IMG/VR virus record: IMGVR_UViG_3300044297_000142
Location: 1 to 60,440 of that record
Length of the DNA: 60,440 nt
Origin: a virus
Lineage: Duplodnaviria > Caudoviricetes
Strand: one strand, 5' to 3'
A program made the translations under genes and the position numbers. The notes beneath the pieces are model-generated. The model worked only from the letters and a program-made list of their open reading frames with translations. It had not been told where the DNA came from and searched no databases. Positions 47,945-58,528 of this stretch are shown piece after piece. The first letter of the stretch is position 1. Each line of letters starts with the position of its first letter.

Positions 47945-50164
47945 ATGTCAGCTAATACAGAGATTCTAATTAAACGCTCGTTAGCGAATAGTGCGCCAAC
48001 ATCATTGATGCAAGGTGAGTTAGCCTATTCGTATGTATCAAACACACTATTCATTGGTACATCGGACGGTACTGCTGCATTGCCAATTGGTGGATTTAAT
48101 GATTTCAGTGCAAATTACCAGTATGGTGCAAATACTTACGGTGATCAGACACACATTCCTATCATTACTGTTGCGGCTAACGGCTTAATTACCAATGTAA
48201 GTACATCAGAAATTTCCACCTCATTGGCAATTAATGCTGATGTTGGCGGTCCTTCTGCGGTTAATCTATTAAATCAAACATTAGATATCGCTGGTGGTGC
48301 AGGTCTTACATCAACAGTTTCTGACCAAACAATCACATTAGACGTTGACGATACAGTTGTACGTTCAAATACTGCAATGCAAATGCAGTTGATTGATGGT
48401 GACATTCAGATTTCTGGTAACTTAACCGTTCTTGGTAATACGACACAGATTGAAGTTCAGACATTAAACATTGCTGATCCATTAATCTATTTGGCATCTA
48501 ATAACTATACATCAGACATAGTTGATATTGGTTTTGTTGGTAATTATTTTGACGGTGCAAACAACAGACATGCTGGTGTTTTCCGTCACGCTGGTGATAA
48601 AGAATTCTACGTTTTTGATAACTTTGAACCAGAACCAACAGCCAATACAATTGATCCAACCGATCCAAGTTTCCGTGTTGCAACATTACATGCAAACATC
48701 AAAGGTGACGTAATTGCAAATACCGTCACAAGCGGCGGTTTCTTGGCTGCACAAGGCACACCAAATTATGGACTAACAGGTTATAGTTTCCAAAATGATG
48801 GTGGTTACGACACTGGTATGTTCAGTACTGGTGATGGTGATGTTATATTATATGCAAACAATGAAGAAGTTGTGCATTTTAACACAGGTTATTTGACAAT
48901 CTCCAAAAATCTGTATTTAAGTGGTTTGAATACAGGCGATACAACAAAAGTTTTGTTCTTTAATGATAGTACAGGTGAAATTACTCAAGGTAATATAAAT
49001 GATGTTATATCTGCAAATTCTATTAGTAATGGATCATACATATGGCAAGTAGATGGAATGACAGGTGCATTGTACTCCGACCAAGGAGTATACATTGCTG
49101 ACCAAAGCAGTTCTGTTGTAATTGGCCAGAACGTAGACGTAACAAACTCAAATAATGACCGTGTTGCAATTGGTAATGGTGCTGGTCAAAATAATCAACA
49201 ATTTGCTTCAGTTGCAATTGGTAGAAATGCTGGTCAAAGTAATCAAAATTTCTTATCTGTTGCGGTTGGTACAAATGCTGGTCAATATAACCAAGACCAT
49301 TCTTCTGTTGCAGTTGGCCATGGTGCTGGTTATAGTAATCAAAATTCAAATGCAACTGCAATTGGTAATTTAGCTGGTAGACAAGGCCAATCTAATTATG
49401 CAGTTGCAATCGGTGATCGTGCTGGTTATGGTCAATATGATTCACAAGGTTATGGTGGTGTTGCAATCGGTGCTGAAGCCGCTTTCTATAACCAAGGTCA
49501 ATATGCAGTTGCAATTGGTTACCAAGCTGGTGAAGAAAATTCAGGACCAGGTTCTATCGCAATTGGTGACCGTGCTGGTCAAACGGGTTTAACTACTGAT
49601 GCAATTGCAATCGGTACTTATGCACAAGAAAACGGATCAGGTTGGGCACCTATTGCAATCGGTCGTTATGCTGGCCAAAGTAATCAAGGTTCACAATCCG
49701 TTGCAATCGGTTCTCATGCAGGTAATAACGGATTAGGTTATCATGCTGTTGCACTTGGTCATTATGCCGCAGCAGGTGGTTCAGATAATCAAACAGTTGC
49801 AATTGGTGATTATGCTGGTGCTGGATATCAACACCTAGGTGCTGTTGCACTTGGTTATTATGCCGGTTATGGTGCATCACAATACTCAGTTGCCATTGGT
49901 TATGGAGCTGGTTTGTATGATAGTACACCACTAGGTGAATATCAAGTTGCTATTGGTGCATACGCTGCTGCTGGTAACGGACACGACAACAGTATTGTAT
50001 TGAACGCAACAGGTAATTATTTTGATGCAGTCGCTTCTGGTCTATTCATCAAACCTGTTCGTTATACAGAAACACAAGATGCAGTTGAAGATGGCCTAAT
50101 GTTCTACAATCAAACAACTGGTGAAGTACGTTACTCATACATACTTGATGGTGGATCATTCTAA
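47945..50164 (+). CDS. fibre/adhesin with YadA-head-like AVAIG repeats
   Basis: IKRS...P..L..GELAYS N-terminus; long run of ~14-15-aa (A/S)VAIGxxAG repeats; ends DGGSF. Confidence 0.8.
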   Translation: MSANTEILIKRSLANSAPTSLMQGELAYSYVSNTLFIGTSDGTAALPIGGFNDFSANYQYGANTYGDQTHIPIITVAANGLITNVSTSEISTSLAINADVGGPSAVNLLNQTLDIAGGAGLTSTVSDQTITLDVDDTVVRSNTAMQMQLIDGDIQISGNLTVLGNTTQIEVQTLNIADPLIYLASNNYTSDIVDIGFVGNYFDGANNRHAGVFRHAGDKEFYVFDNFEPEPTANTIDPTDPSFRVATLHANIKGDVIANTVTSGGFLAAQGTPNYGLTGYSFQNDGGYDTGMFSTGDGDVILYANNEEVVHFNTGYLTISKNLYLSGLNTGDTTKVLFFNDSTGEITQGNINDVISANSISNGSYIWQVDGMTGALYSDQGVYIADQSSSVVIGQNVDVTNSNNDRVAIGNGAGQNNQQFASVAIGRNAGQSNQNFLSVAVGTNAGQYNQDHSSVAVGHGAGYSNQNSNATAIGNLAGRQGQSNYAVAIGDRAGYGQYDSQGYGGVAIGAEAAFYNQGQYAVAIGYQAGEENSGPGSIAIGDRAGQTGLTTDAIAIGTYAQENGSGWAPIAIGRYAGQSNQGSQSVAIGSHAGNNGLGYHAVALGHYAAAGGSDNQTVAIGDYAGAGYQHLGAVALGYYAGYGASQYSVAIGYGAGLYDSTPLGEYQVAIGAYAAAGNGHDNSIVLNATGNYFDAVASGLFIKPVRYTETQDAVEDGLMFYNQTTGEVRYSYILDGGSF
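49155..49985 (+). repeat. degenerate ~45-bp coding repeats (gttgcaattggt...gctggt)
   Basis: Recurring GTTGCAAT(T/C)GGT...GCTGGT units. Confidence 0.75.
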
Positions 50165-50183
50165 TTAATCTAAGGAAAATAAA

Positions 50184-50423
50184 ATGGCAATTTCAGCGAA
50201 CACACTAGGGCAGACAGCAACTACTTTAATGAGTCAGTTGAATTCTGGCACCATCACATTTCAAAATTATCGTGATTCTGTGAATTCAATTATTGTTTCT
50301 GCAAATAATAATCCAGATTTTCGAGATTCTAACAATGCAATTGCAGTTCATGATGTGAGTATTGCAATTCGTATTGCTTCTGGAGACGCACCAATAGTTG
50401 GTCGACCACCAAAACCAAGATAA
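50184..50423 (+). CDS. hypothetical protein
   Basis: AAGGA RBS, 79 aa. Confidence 0.6.
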   Translation: MAISANTLGQTATTLMSQLNSGTITFQNYRDSVNSIIVSANNNPDFRDSNNAIAVHDVSIAIRIASGDAPIVGRPPKPR

Positions 50424-50464
50424 AATTAACTACTATATAATCTATTTAATGACAGGAGCTTGAG

Positions 50465-51085
50465 ATGAGTGAAACAAATGACATGACTGTTAAATATCAA
50501 CAACATTATAATAAGGTATTAAACAACACACTAACTGATACTATATTAAAAAGCGTTTCATACCAGGCCAACATACAGTTGGCCAATGAAATCATTGCTG
50601 AACAGGAAAAAACAATTGCTGATTTGAATGACAGTATACAAAAGATAAAAAAAGAATCTGAAGATGCTGTTGTTACTTTGAGACAAGAATTGGATTCTAT
50701 GAAAACTGGTAAAACAACCAGTGAAAATTCTAGAATTTCTTTTCTTGAAAATAATATAAAAAATCAACTTGAAACCATTACTAAATTACAATCAGAATTG
50801 GCTGCAGCAAATAAAGTCAGAATGGATTATGAAAATATAAAAAGTCAGGCTGCAAGTGTTGACGTTTTTCGTAAAGAGTTGGTTAAAGAACGTGAAAGTC
50901 ATGAGTCTACCAAATCTAGTTATGAACAAAAAATTAAAGAATTGAATGGCCAAATTGATTTATTAAAAGCTCCACCAAAACGCAAGAAAGCAAATAAAAC
51001 TTCTATATTGGAACTTGTTACACTTGCAGATAATGATGTTGAAATAACTACAAATCAAACAACAAAAGACGGTGGAACTTTCTAA
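50465..51085 (+). CDS. coiled-coil protein ending in DGGTF
   Basis: AGGAG RBS, long heptad pattern. Confidence 0.7.
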   Translation: MSETNDMTVKYQQHYNKVLNNTLTDTILKSVSYQANIQLANEIIAEQEKTIADLNDSIQKIKKESEDAVVTLRQELDSMKTGKTTSENSRISFLENNIKNQLETITKLQSELAAANKVRMDYENIKSQAASVDVFRKELVKERESHESTKSSYEQKIKELNGQIDLLKAPPKRKKANKTSILELVTLADNDVEITTNQTTKDGGTF

Positions 51086-51088
51086 TAA

Positions 51089-52126
51089 ATGACCAGCTCA
51101 TCAAATATAGCAATTCAAATTAAAAAATCCGGTGAAACCGGAAATACACCGGCCGACCTGGCACACGGTGAGATTGCTATTAACTATGCTGATGGCAAAC
51201 TTTATTACAAAGATGATGGCAATTTCATCAGATATATTACAAACCAAGATACTTTTGGTACAATAATTGCGAATGGATCTTTGATCCTTGCCACAAATCC
51301 AACAGATGTTTTGACGATTGACGCCAATGATAACATCAGAATTCTTGGCAATCCTGGTGCAAAATCATTTTCAGTTGATCTATCAGACAATATTACAGTT
51401 GCAGGTAATGTTGCTGCACAAAATCTAATTGCATATAATCAAATTTATGCTGGTATTGCAACATTTAATAATACACCTCTACCCAATTTAATTGCACAAT
51501 TTACAGGAAATACGGATTCATATGTTCAGATCAATGCACAAAACATTGATCCACACGGATCGGCCGATTATGTTGCAACAGCTGACGTTGGAACTGATAC
51601 CACATTCTATATTGATATGGGTATCCAAAACTCCCAACAAGATTTTGGAAACATAAAAAGATTAGATGGTTATCTGTATGTTCAAGGTAATACAGGACAA
51701 TTAGGCGGAAATCTTGTTATTGGTACCACATCAGCGACACCAAATTTAGAAACAAGAATTGTTGCTGGTGGAATTGAAGATGAAAATGTAGTTGTTGTTT
51801 TCAATTCATGGGGCGCTAATATAGCAAACAATTTGTATGTTGGTGGTTCAATTTTTGGTCCAACAATTGCAAATTTAAACAATTTCATACAATTAGCGTA
51901 TGATGAAGCCAATGCAGCTTACAATTTAGCAAATACTGCAAATGGTGGAGTTGGTGGCACATCAAACACAATCGTTACATTTCATTTTCCAATAGGAGAT
52001 TATGGATACGTAGACGAACCTTTACTTGGTGGAGTTGGTGGTCTAGAAGAAGTCAGTCCAATGTATGACATGAGGGTTGATCCAACAATCGTTGGTCTTA
52101 TTTCAATTGATTTGGAACATGTTTGA
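51089..52126 (+). CDS. virion fibre-associated protein
   Basis: IQIKKSG..G..P..L..GEIAINYADGKLYYK N-terminal module. Confidence 0.7.
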   Translation: MTSSSNIAIQIKKSGETGNTPADLAHGEIAINYADGKLYYKDDGNFIRYITNQDTFGTIIANGSLILATNPTDVLTIDANDNIRILGNPGAKSFSVDLSDNITVAGNVAAQNLIAYNQIYAGIATFNNTPLPNLIAQFTGNTDSYVQINAQNIDPHGSADYVATADVGTDTTFYIDMGIQNSQQDFGNIKRLDGYLYVQGNTGQLGGNLVIGTTSATPNLETRIVAGGIEDENVVVVFNSWGANIANNLYVGGSIFGPTIANLNNFIQLAYDEANAAYNLANTANGGVGGTSNTIVTFHFPIGDYGYVDEPLLGGVGGLEEVSPMYDMRVDPTIVGLISIDLEHV

Positions 52127-52159
52127 TAAATACAAAAGAGAATTATTTTAGGAAAAATA

Positions 52160-55100
52160 ATGCCAACACAATTACAGTTTAGAAGAGGTAATACAGCACA
52201 AACAGCAGTTTTTACTGGTGCTGTGGCCGAGATTACAGTTAATACACAAGAAAATTCCATCATTGTACATGATGGAGTGACACCTGGTGGTCATCCAGCG
52301 GCAACACTCGACTTTGCTAAGGCTGCTTTTGACATTGCTAACGCTGCATTTACTGGTGAAACATCAGCAGGAATTTACGCAAACGCAGCCTTTGTACAGG
52401 CTAATGCGGCTTTCAATGCAGCCAATAACGCAGTTGACCTATGGGTTCGTAGTCAAGCCAATCTTGCATTTGACCAAGCAAACTCTGCATTTATCAAAGC
52501 CAATGCAGCATATGATTCACAGAATACAACCGGTGTAATTGCAAACGGTGCATACGATAAGGCAAATAGTGCGTATACTGTTGCTGATAATGCATACAAT
52601 TTTGTAACAGCAGTCAATGTTTATTCTTATGGTGCATTTTCTGAAGCTAATTTGGCATTTACAAATGCATCTGCAGCAAGTTCTTATGCTAATTCTGCAT
52701 ATAATCAAGCCAATACAGCCACAACCAATGCGGCAGCTGCCAGTTCTTATGCCAATTCTGCATACAATCAGGCAAACACAGCAACCACAAATGCGGCAAC
52801 AGCCGATTCTAAGGCAGTAACCGCTGGTTCATATGCAAATAGTGCATTTGTACAGGCAAATGGTGCATATAACCAAGCTAATACCGCAACCACTAATGCG
52901 GCCACAGCCGATTCCAAGGCTGTAACTGCTGGTTCTTACGCAAACTCAGCCTTTTTAACCGCAAACTCTGCATTTGATGTTGCAAATTCAGCATCAACAT
53001 ATGCTAATGGTGCATTTGTACAAGCTAATTCTGCATACGATCAAGCTAACACCGCTACTACAAACGCAGCCACAGCCGATTCTAAAGCAGTTACAGCCGG
53101 AAACTATGCCAATTCTGCATACGACCAGGCCAATACAGCCACAACTAATGCTGCAACAGCCGATTCTAAGGCTGTAACTGCTGGTTCATATGCAAATTCT
53201 GCTTTCAATCAGGCAAATTCATCATACGATAGAGCAAACTCTGCTGGCAACTATGCCAATTCAGCATTTGTTTATGCTAATTCTGCATATGATAAAGCCA
53301 ATTCATCTGGTACATATGCCAATGGTGCTTTTGCACAAGCTAATGCATCATATAATCAGGCAAACACAAATGCAACAAACATAACTGCGGCCGGTTCATA
53401 CGCCAACGGTGCATTTATTCAAGCCAATGCAGCATTTAATTTGGCAAATACTAATACGACAAATATAACACTGATTAATGGTGTTAATTTATCACAAAAT
53501 ACAGACATTATTTCTGCTGCAACATATGCCAACGGTGCTTTCAGACAAGCAAACGCTGCGTTCTCTGTAGCAAATAATGCAAACGCAATCTACGCATCTG
53601 GTGGTACAATTGCTGGTGATGTTAAGATTACAAGTGCAACAGGTTCTACAACATACGCAAGTGGCGCATTGGTTGTTACTGGTGGTGTTGGCATTGGCCA
53701 AAATCTAAACGTTTTTGGTAATACAATCATTTCTGGTGCGTTAACTGTTCAAGGCGCAACAGTATACACATCATCAACAACAGCAGCATATACAAACCCA
53801 ATCATTCTATTAAATACGCCTTCTGCAGGATGGTTGAATACTCCAACATCCTATGATATTGGACTTGAAGCTGAATTTTATTCCCCAACAGATCCAAGTC
53901 CTAGAGTTATAACTGGTGGTAGTGGTAATGGTACAACAGCCACATTGAATCTTTCCGATTCAACATATTATCCACCAGGATCAGTTGTTCAAATCACTGG
54001 CGTAACACCTTCTGGCTTTAATGGTGTATGGACTGTGACAGCATCCACACCAGGATCCATATCATTTAATAATTCCACAAATGCATCAGTTGTTACTTCA
54101 GGTGCATTGGGTGTTTCAACTAGAATAACAGAATTCACAAGTGCAAACGTCACACGTTCAGGTTCTACTGCAAACGTTTCATACGATAATAGTTACGGTG
54201 CAATTACTCTTCCTGCTGGATCAGTAGTTACCATTTCTGGTTTTGTTAACTCACAATACAACGGAAACCAAACAATTGCAACATCTGGACCAGGTTATTT
54301 CACATTTACTGGTGTGAGTGGTAGTCCTGGTAACGAAACGATGGCTGGTAAAGTTGCGTTCTCTGAACGCCATTCAGCAGTTGTTCGTGCGGCAGATACA
54401 GGTCACTTTGAGTTCTATGAAGTTGGTCATTTCACAACCGGAAATACATTTGAAGGATTGTACGGAACAGTTCATGCTGGTCAATTCATAGTAACACCAA
54501 ATCAGGCAGTTAAAGCATCTGATTTGACAGACGGTTTCTTTGTAATACAAGGTCAAACCGTTATTGATACAACAACAGCAACTGGTGGTACTGTAAATAA
54601 CGCATATGCAGTAGCATTTAATCCAACAACATATTCTGCCGCAAATACAGGCATTACATATAATACACCACATACTGTATACATTGGTGGTGCGCCTGCG
54701 GCTGGCAATAATGTCACATTAGGTGGCACAACATACGCATTTTATGTAAATTCAGGTGCTTCATATTTTGGTGGCGGCATCAAAGTCAATTCACAAGGCG
54801 TAACATTCAATGATGGTACAGTACAATTAACAAATGCTGCATCATACGGATATTCTACTTCTGGTTATGCACAGGCCAATGCTGCGTTCTTACAGGCAAA
54901 TACACCAAGTTATACAGCGAACTCTGCTGCAATTTATGCCAACGGTGCGTTTGATCAGGCTAATGCTGTATACAATCAGTCAAACACATATGTTTGGCCA
55001 GCAGCTAACTCAGCAGGTTCATACGCTAATGCGGCCTTCACGCAAGCAAATACTGCAACAACCAACGCAGCAACAGCCGATTCTAAGGCTGTAACGGCTG

Positions 55101-56272
55101 GTTCTTATGCTAACTCCGCATTTGGTGTTGCCAACTCAGCCGCAATATATGCTAACGGTGCTTTTGCAAAAGCCAATGCAGCATATGCAAGTCAGAACAC
55201 AACAGGTTCATACGCCAACTCTGCATATACACAGGCAAACACAGCCACAACCAATGCAGCAACAGCCGATTCTAAGGCTGTAACGGCTGGTTCTTATGCT
55301 AACTCCGCATTTGGTGTTGCCAACTCAGCTGCCACATACGCAAACGGTGCATTTGCTCAAGCGAATGCTGCATTTACTAAGGCCAATGGTGCAGTTCAGA
55401 CTGGTTTCACCACAATTTCTGCAAACGGAACAAGTATTACACCAAGTTCCAATACAGATACATTGACAATTTCTGCTGCAGCTGCGAACGGTATTAACGT
55501 ATTGATACCTACAGCTAAGACAATTGATCTTGGACTAAGAACCTCTGGTGTCACATCAGGAACATACGGTGGATCTACAAATATTCCTGTGTTGGTTGTT
55601 GATGGTTTTGGTCGTGTAACTTCCGCAGCGAACGTTGCAGTATCTACAACAGTTAACTTAAGTGGTAATACAGGAACAGGTTCTGTTTCTGGTGGTGGTA
55701 CATTAACCGTTCAAGGTGGTACCGCAATCTCTACCTCAGTTTCTGGTTCTACCATTACGATTAACAACTCTGGTGTTACATCATTCAACGGTTCAACTGG
55801 TGCAGTTACATTTGGTTCTATAAACGTAACCAATGCATTAGGTTACACACCTGCAAATAAGGCTGGTGATGCTTATACTGGTGCAATTTCTTCATCAGGA
55901 ACAATCACTGGTTCTTCACTAACTGCAAATACTGGTGTTACAATCAATACAAGTGGTTATATTACAACTACTTCATACACAACTGCTGCGGCAGTAACAC
56001 AAGTAACTGTTGATACATTTGCAACAACTACGTATAGAAGTGCTAAATATTTGGCACAAATGAACACTTCTACTGGTTATCATGTCATCGAATTGAGAGT
56101 TGTACATGATGGTTCAACAGTATGGCTTGCTCAGTATGGTGAAGTCTTTACTTCTGCTTCTTTGGGTACTTTCGATGCATCTATTTCTGCGGGTAACTTG
56201 AACTTGTTGTTTACACCTGCTTCTGCAACTGTCACAACTATTAAGGTAGTAAGAACTGGTATTGTTGTTTAA
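52160..56272 (+). CDS. long tail fibre with Mtd-N-like N-terminus and ANSA(Y/F) coiled-coil repeats
   Basis: MPTQLQFRRG.TA....FTGA..EITV.T....VHDG.T.GG; repeated AGSYANSAF..AN; C-terminal YRSAKY...HDG....YG domain. Confidence 0.82.
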   Translation: MPTQLQFRRGNTAQTAVFTGAVAEITVNTQENSIIVHDGVTPGGHPAATLDFAKAAFDIANAAFTGETSAGIYANAAFVQANAAFNAANNAVDLWVRSQANLAFDQANSAFIKANAAYDSQNTTGVIANGAYDKANSAYTVADNAYNFVTAVNVYSYGAFSEANLAFTNASAASSYANSAYNQANTATTNAAAASSYANSAYNQANTATTNAATADSKAVTAGSYANSAFVQANGAYNQANTATTNAATADSKAVTAGSYANSAFLTANSAFDVANSASTYANGAFVQANSAYDQANTATTNAATADSKAVTAGNYANSAYDQANTATTNAATADSKAVTAGSYANSAFNQANSSYDRANSAGNYANSAFVYANSAYDKANSSGTYANGAFAQANASYNQANTNATNITAAGSYANGAFIQANAAFNLANTNTTNITLINGVNLSQNTDIISAATYANGAFRQANAAFSVANNANAIYASGGTIAGDVKITSATGSTTYASGALVVTGGVGIGQNLNVFGNTIISGALTVQGATVYTSSTTAAYTNPIILLNTPSAGWLNTPTSYDIGLEAEFYSPTDPSPRVITGGSGNGTTATLNLSDSTYYPPGSVVQITGVTPSGFNGVWTVTASTPGSISFNNSTNASVVTSGALGVSTRITEFTSANVTRSGSTANVSYDNSYGAITLPAGSVVTISGFVNSQYNGNQTIATSGPGYFTFTGVSGSPGNETMAGKVAFSERHSAVVRAADTGHFEFYEVGHFTTGNTFEGLYGTVHAGQFIVTPNQAVKASDLTDGFFVIQGQTVIDTTTATGGTVNNAYAVAFNPTTYSAANTGITYNTPHTVYIGGAPAAGNNVTLGGTTYAFYVNSGASYFGGGIKVNSQGVTFNDGTVQLTNAASYGYSTSGYAQANAAFLQANTPSYTANSAAIYANGAFDQANAVYNQSNTYVWPAANSAGSYANAAFTQANTATTNAATADSKAVTAGSYANSAFGVANSAAIYANGAFAKANAAYASQNTTGSYANSAYTQANTATTNAATADSKAVTAGSYANSAFGVANSAATYANGAFAQANAAFTKANGAVQTGFTTISANGTSITPSSNTDTLTISAAAANGINVLIPTAKTIDLGLRTSGVTSGTYGGSTNIPVLVVDGFGRVTSAANVAVSTTVNLSGNTGTGSVSGGGTLTVQGGTAISTSVSGSTITINNSGVTSFNGSTGAVTFGSINVTNALGYTPANKAGDAYTGAISSSGTITGSSLTANTGVTINTSGYITTTSYTTAAAVTQVTVDTFATTTYRSAKYLAQMNTSTGYHVIELRVVHDGSTVWLAQYGEVFTSASLGTFDASISAGNLNLLFTPASATVTTIKVVRTGIVV
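55067..55329 (+). repeat. exact 74-bp direct repeat (55067-55140 and 55256-55329)
   Basis: Identical gcagcaacagccgattctaaggct...ccaactcagc, 189 bp apart. Confidence 0.85.
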
Positions 56273-56291
56273 TTTTTTATAAAGGTATATT

Positions 56292-56861
56292 ATGAAAGGT
56301 GAATGGGTATATTATAAAAATCGGTTTACAAAAGACCAATGTGATTTTATTATTAATGAAGGTTTAAAATTACCTGGCCAAAAAGCCAATCTTGGTGTGA
56401 ATGGTGATGGAGTGAACGAAAATTACCGTAAGAGTAATGTTCACTTCATTAAAAGAGAACACACACAATTTGATTGGTTGTTCACACAATTGTGGAGTAT
56501 GGCCATAGAATCTAACGATGTTTGGTTTGGTTTTCATATATCAAAATTGGATTTTATTCAATTGGCTGAATATGATTCTGAATATGAAGGTGAATACAAA
56601 AGACACCATGATGTGTTTTGGATAAATGGTACAAATTATCACCGTAAATTGTCTGCGGTTGTTCAACTTAGTGATTCAAATGATTATGAAGGTGGTGATT
56701 TAAGATTATACAATCAAAATGAAACGATTGATGCTGATGCAATTCGTCAACAAGGAACCGTGATTATGTTTCCTTCTTTTATTGAACATCAAGCAGAAAA
56801 AGTAACAAAGGGTAAAAGATATTCTCTTGCAGCATGGTGGGATGGCCCCTGCTGGAGATAA
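56292..56861 (+). CDS. 2OG-Fe(II) oxygenase (prolyl-4-hydroxylase/PKHD-like)
   Basis: Y..HHD, RKLS.VVQL, YEGG.L, FPSF..H....VTKG.RYSL..W. Confidence 0.88.
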   Translation: MKGEWVYYKNRFTKDQCDFIINEGLKLPGQKANLGVNGDGVNENYRKSNVHFIKREHTQFDWLFTQLWSMAIESNDVWFGFHISKLDFIQLAEYDSEYEGEYKRHHDVFWINGTNYHRKLSAVVQLSDSNDYEGGDLRLYNQNETIDADAIRQQGTVIMFPSFIEHQAEKVTKGKRYSLAAWWDGPCWR

Positions 56862-56864
56862 ATA
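56857..56864 (+). promoter_or_regulatory. late-type promoter GATAAATA
   Basis: Overlaps the oxygenase stop, ~32 bp before the first collagen fibre. Confidence 0.5.
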
Positions 56865-56896
56865 AAACATAATAATATCGGGGATAGTGGAACCGA

Positions 56897-58528
56897 ATGG
56901 CAACGAATTCAAATTTTGTCGTTAAGAACGGCATCACAGTCGGCACAACAAACGTCATTGCAGCCAATGGTGTATGGGTTGGTGCATCCACGAATCTTAT
57001 CGGACCACAAGGTCCAACAGGCGCACAAGGTTCAGCAGGAACTAATGGACCGCAAGGGTTTCAGGGTAGTTTTGGCGCACAAGGTTTTCAAGGTAGTGCA
57101 GGATCAAACGGACCACAAGGTTCACAAGGCGCAGCCGGACCTACTGGTCCTACTGGTGCACAAGGTTCTGTAGGTTCCACAGGACCACAAGGCAGTACAG
57201 GACCCACAGGACCGACAGGTCCTACTGGACCACAAGGTCAAAGTATTCAAGGTCCTCAAGGTTCAACAGGAGCGCAAGGCAGTACAGGAAGTACAGGTCC
57301 CACAGGACCTACTGGACCTACTGGACCTACTGGACCAACAGGACCTACAGGAACATTCAGTTCATCATATTCACCAATTACTATTACGAATGGACCAGAT
57401 TTCAGAACAGGAAATGTTGGACAAAACTTATACATGTATGGTCACGGATCAGGAACAGATATCGGTTTGTCAATGTTCGATTCTAGTGGCACCTGGCGTG
57501 TTCAATTATATGGATCACCGAGCAATTATGGATTCTTAAATGGAAATTGGAATAGTTGGGATTTGAGAAAAGTACCAAATGGCAATTTATACATGAATAA
57601 TGACAATAGTTATTATTTAAATACTCCAAGTACATCAAATCTTTATCGTTTATCTTTAGGTGGAGGTGCAGGAGGATCATATGCAGGTTTAACCGTTCAA
57701 GCAATTACGGGATCAACTGGACCAATTGTTGCAAAGTCTACAAGTTATGCAACATGTTGGTCAATATTACCTTGGGCCAGCGGAGGAACATATATTTCTT
57801 CTGGCACTTATTATGATAATGGTACATGGGTTCAGGCTTCCGATGACTCAACAAACTGTCTTTTCTTTTTGAAGGGTAATGGACCAGTATGGTATTCGTC
57901 AGATAACGGTAGTGCATCTTGGAACGTAGCAAGTGCTGTAAATCTTTGGAATTCTAGTGGTCGTTGGATTAATAACGTATCAGCTTCAGGAGATGTTAGA
58001 GCTCCAATTTTCTATGATAGTGATAACACCAGTTATTATTTGGATGCAGCTTCATCAACATCACTTATTGTTGCAGGATTAATCAGAACATCTGGTTATA
58101 ACTCAGCCGGTTCGGCAATAAGTATGAACTGGCCACATTCTGGTTACATAGACATGTGGGGAGCTACAAGTCAAGTTATGAATATAAGTTCGGCTTCAGG
58201 ACTTGCAGTTAACTTGGTGGTATCAGGAAACATTACAGCTTATTCGGATATTAGGTTAAAAAACAATATTCAGAAAATTGAAAATGCTATAGATAAAGTA
58301 AAACAGATTAACGGTATTACTTATGATAGAGTTGAAAATCCAGAATTACCTAGACAAACCGGTGTAATTGCTCAAGAAGTAATCAAAGTTTTACCTGAAG
58401 CAGTTCTTGGCACAGAAGATACACAATATTCCGTTGCATATGGTAACATGGTTGGCCTACTTATTGAGGCAATCAAAGAATTAAATCAAAAAGTTGAAAT
58501 GTTGGAAGAAAAATTAAATGGCAACTAA
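56897..58528 (+). CDS. collagen-like tail fibre 1 with peptidase S74 domain
   Basis: [12 protein letters not shown]; G-X-Y run (GPT/GPQ/GAQ); [37 protein letters not shown]. Confidence 0.9.
   Translation: MATNSNFVVKNGITVGTTNVIAANGVWVGASTNLIGPQGPTGAQGSAGTNGPQGFQGSFGAQGFQGSAGSNGPQGSQGAAGPTGPTGAQGSVGSTGPQGSTGPTGPTGPTGPQGQSIQGPQGSTGAQGSTGSTGPTGPTGPTGPTGPTGPTGTFSSSYSPITITNGPDFRTGNVGQNLYMYGHGSGTDIGLSMFDSSGTWRVQLYGSPSNYGFLNGNWNSWDLRKVPNGNLYMNNDNSYYLNTPSTSNLYRLSLGGGAGGSYAGLTVQAITGSTGPIVAKSTSYATCWSILPWASGGTYISSGTYYDNGTWVQASDDSTNCLFFLKGNGPVWYSSDNGSASWNVASAVNLWNSSGRWINNVSASGDVRAPIFYDSDNTSYYLDAASSTSLIVAGLIRTSGYNSAGSAISMNWPHSGYIDMWGATSQVMNISSASGLAVNLVVSGNITAYSDIRLKNNIQKIENAIDKVKQINGITYDRVENPELPRQTGVIAQEVIKVLPEAVLGTEDTQYSVAYGNMVGLLIEAIKELNQKVEMLEEKLNGN

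Noticed and set aside
52160-56272. Diversity-generating retroelement suggested by the Mtd-like N-terminus
   Set aside because: No reverse transcriptase and no TR/VR pair differing at adenines in the window. The 74-bp repeat is exact and in-frame.
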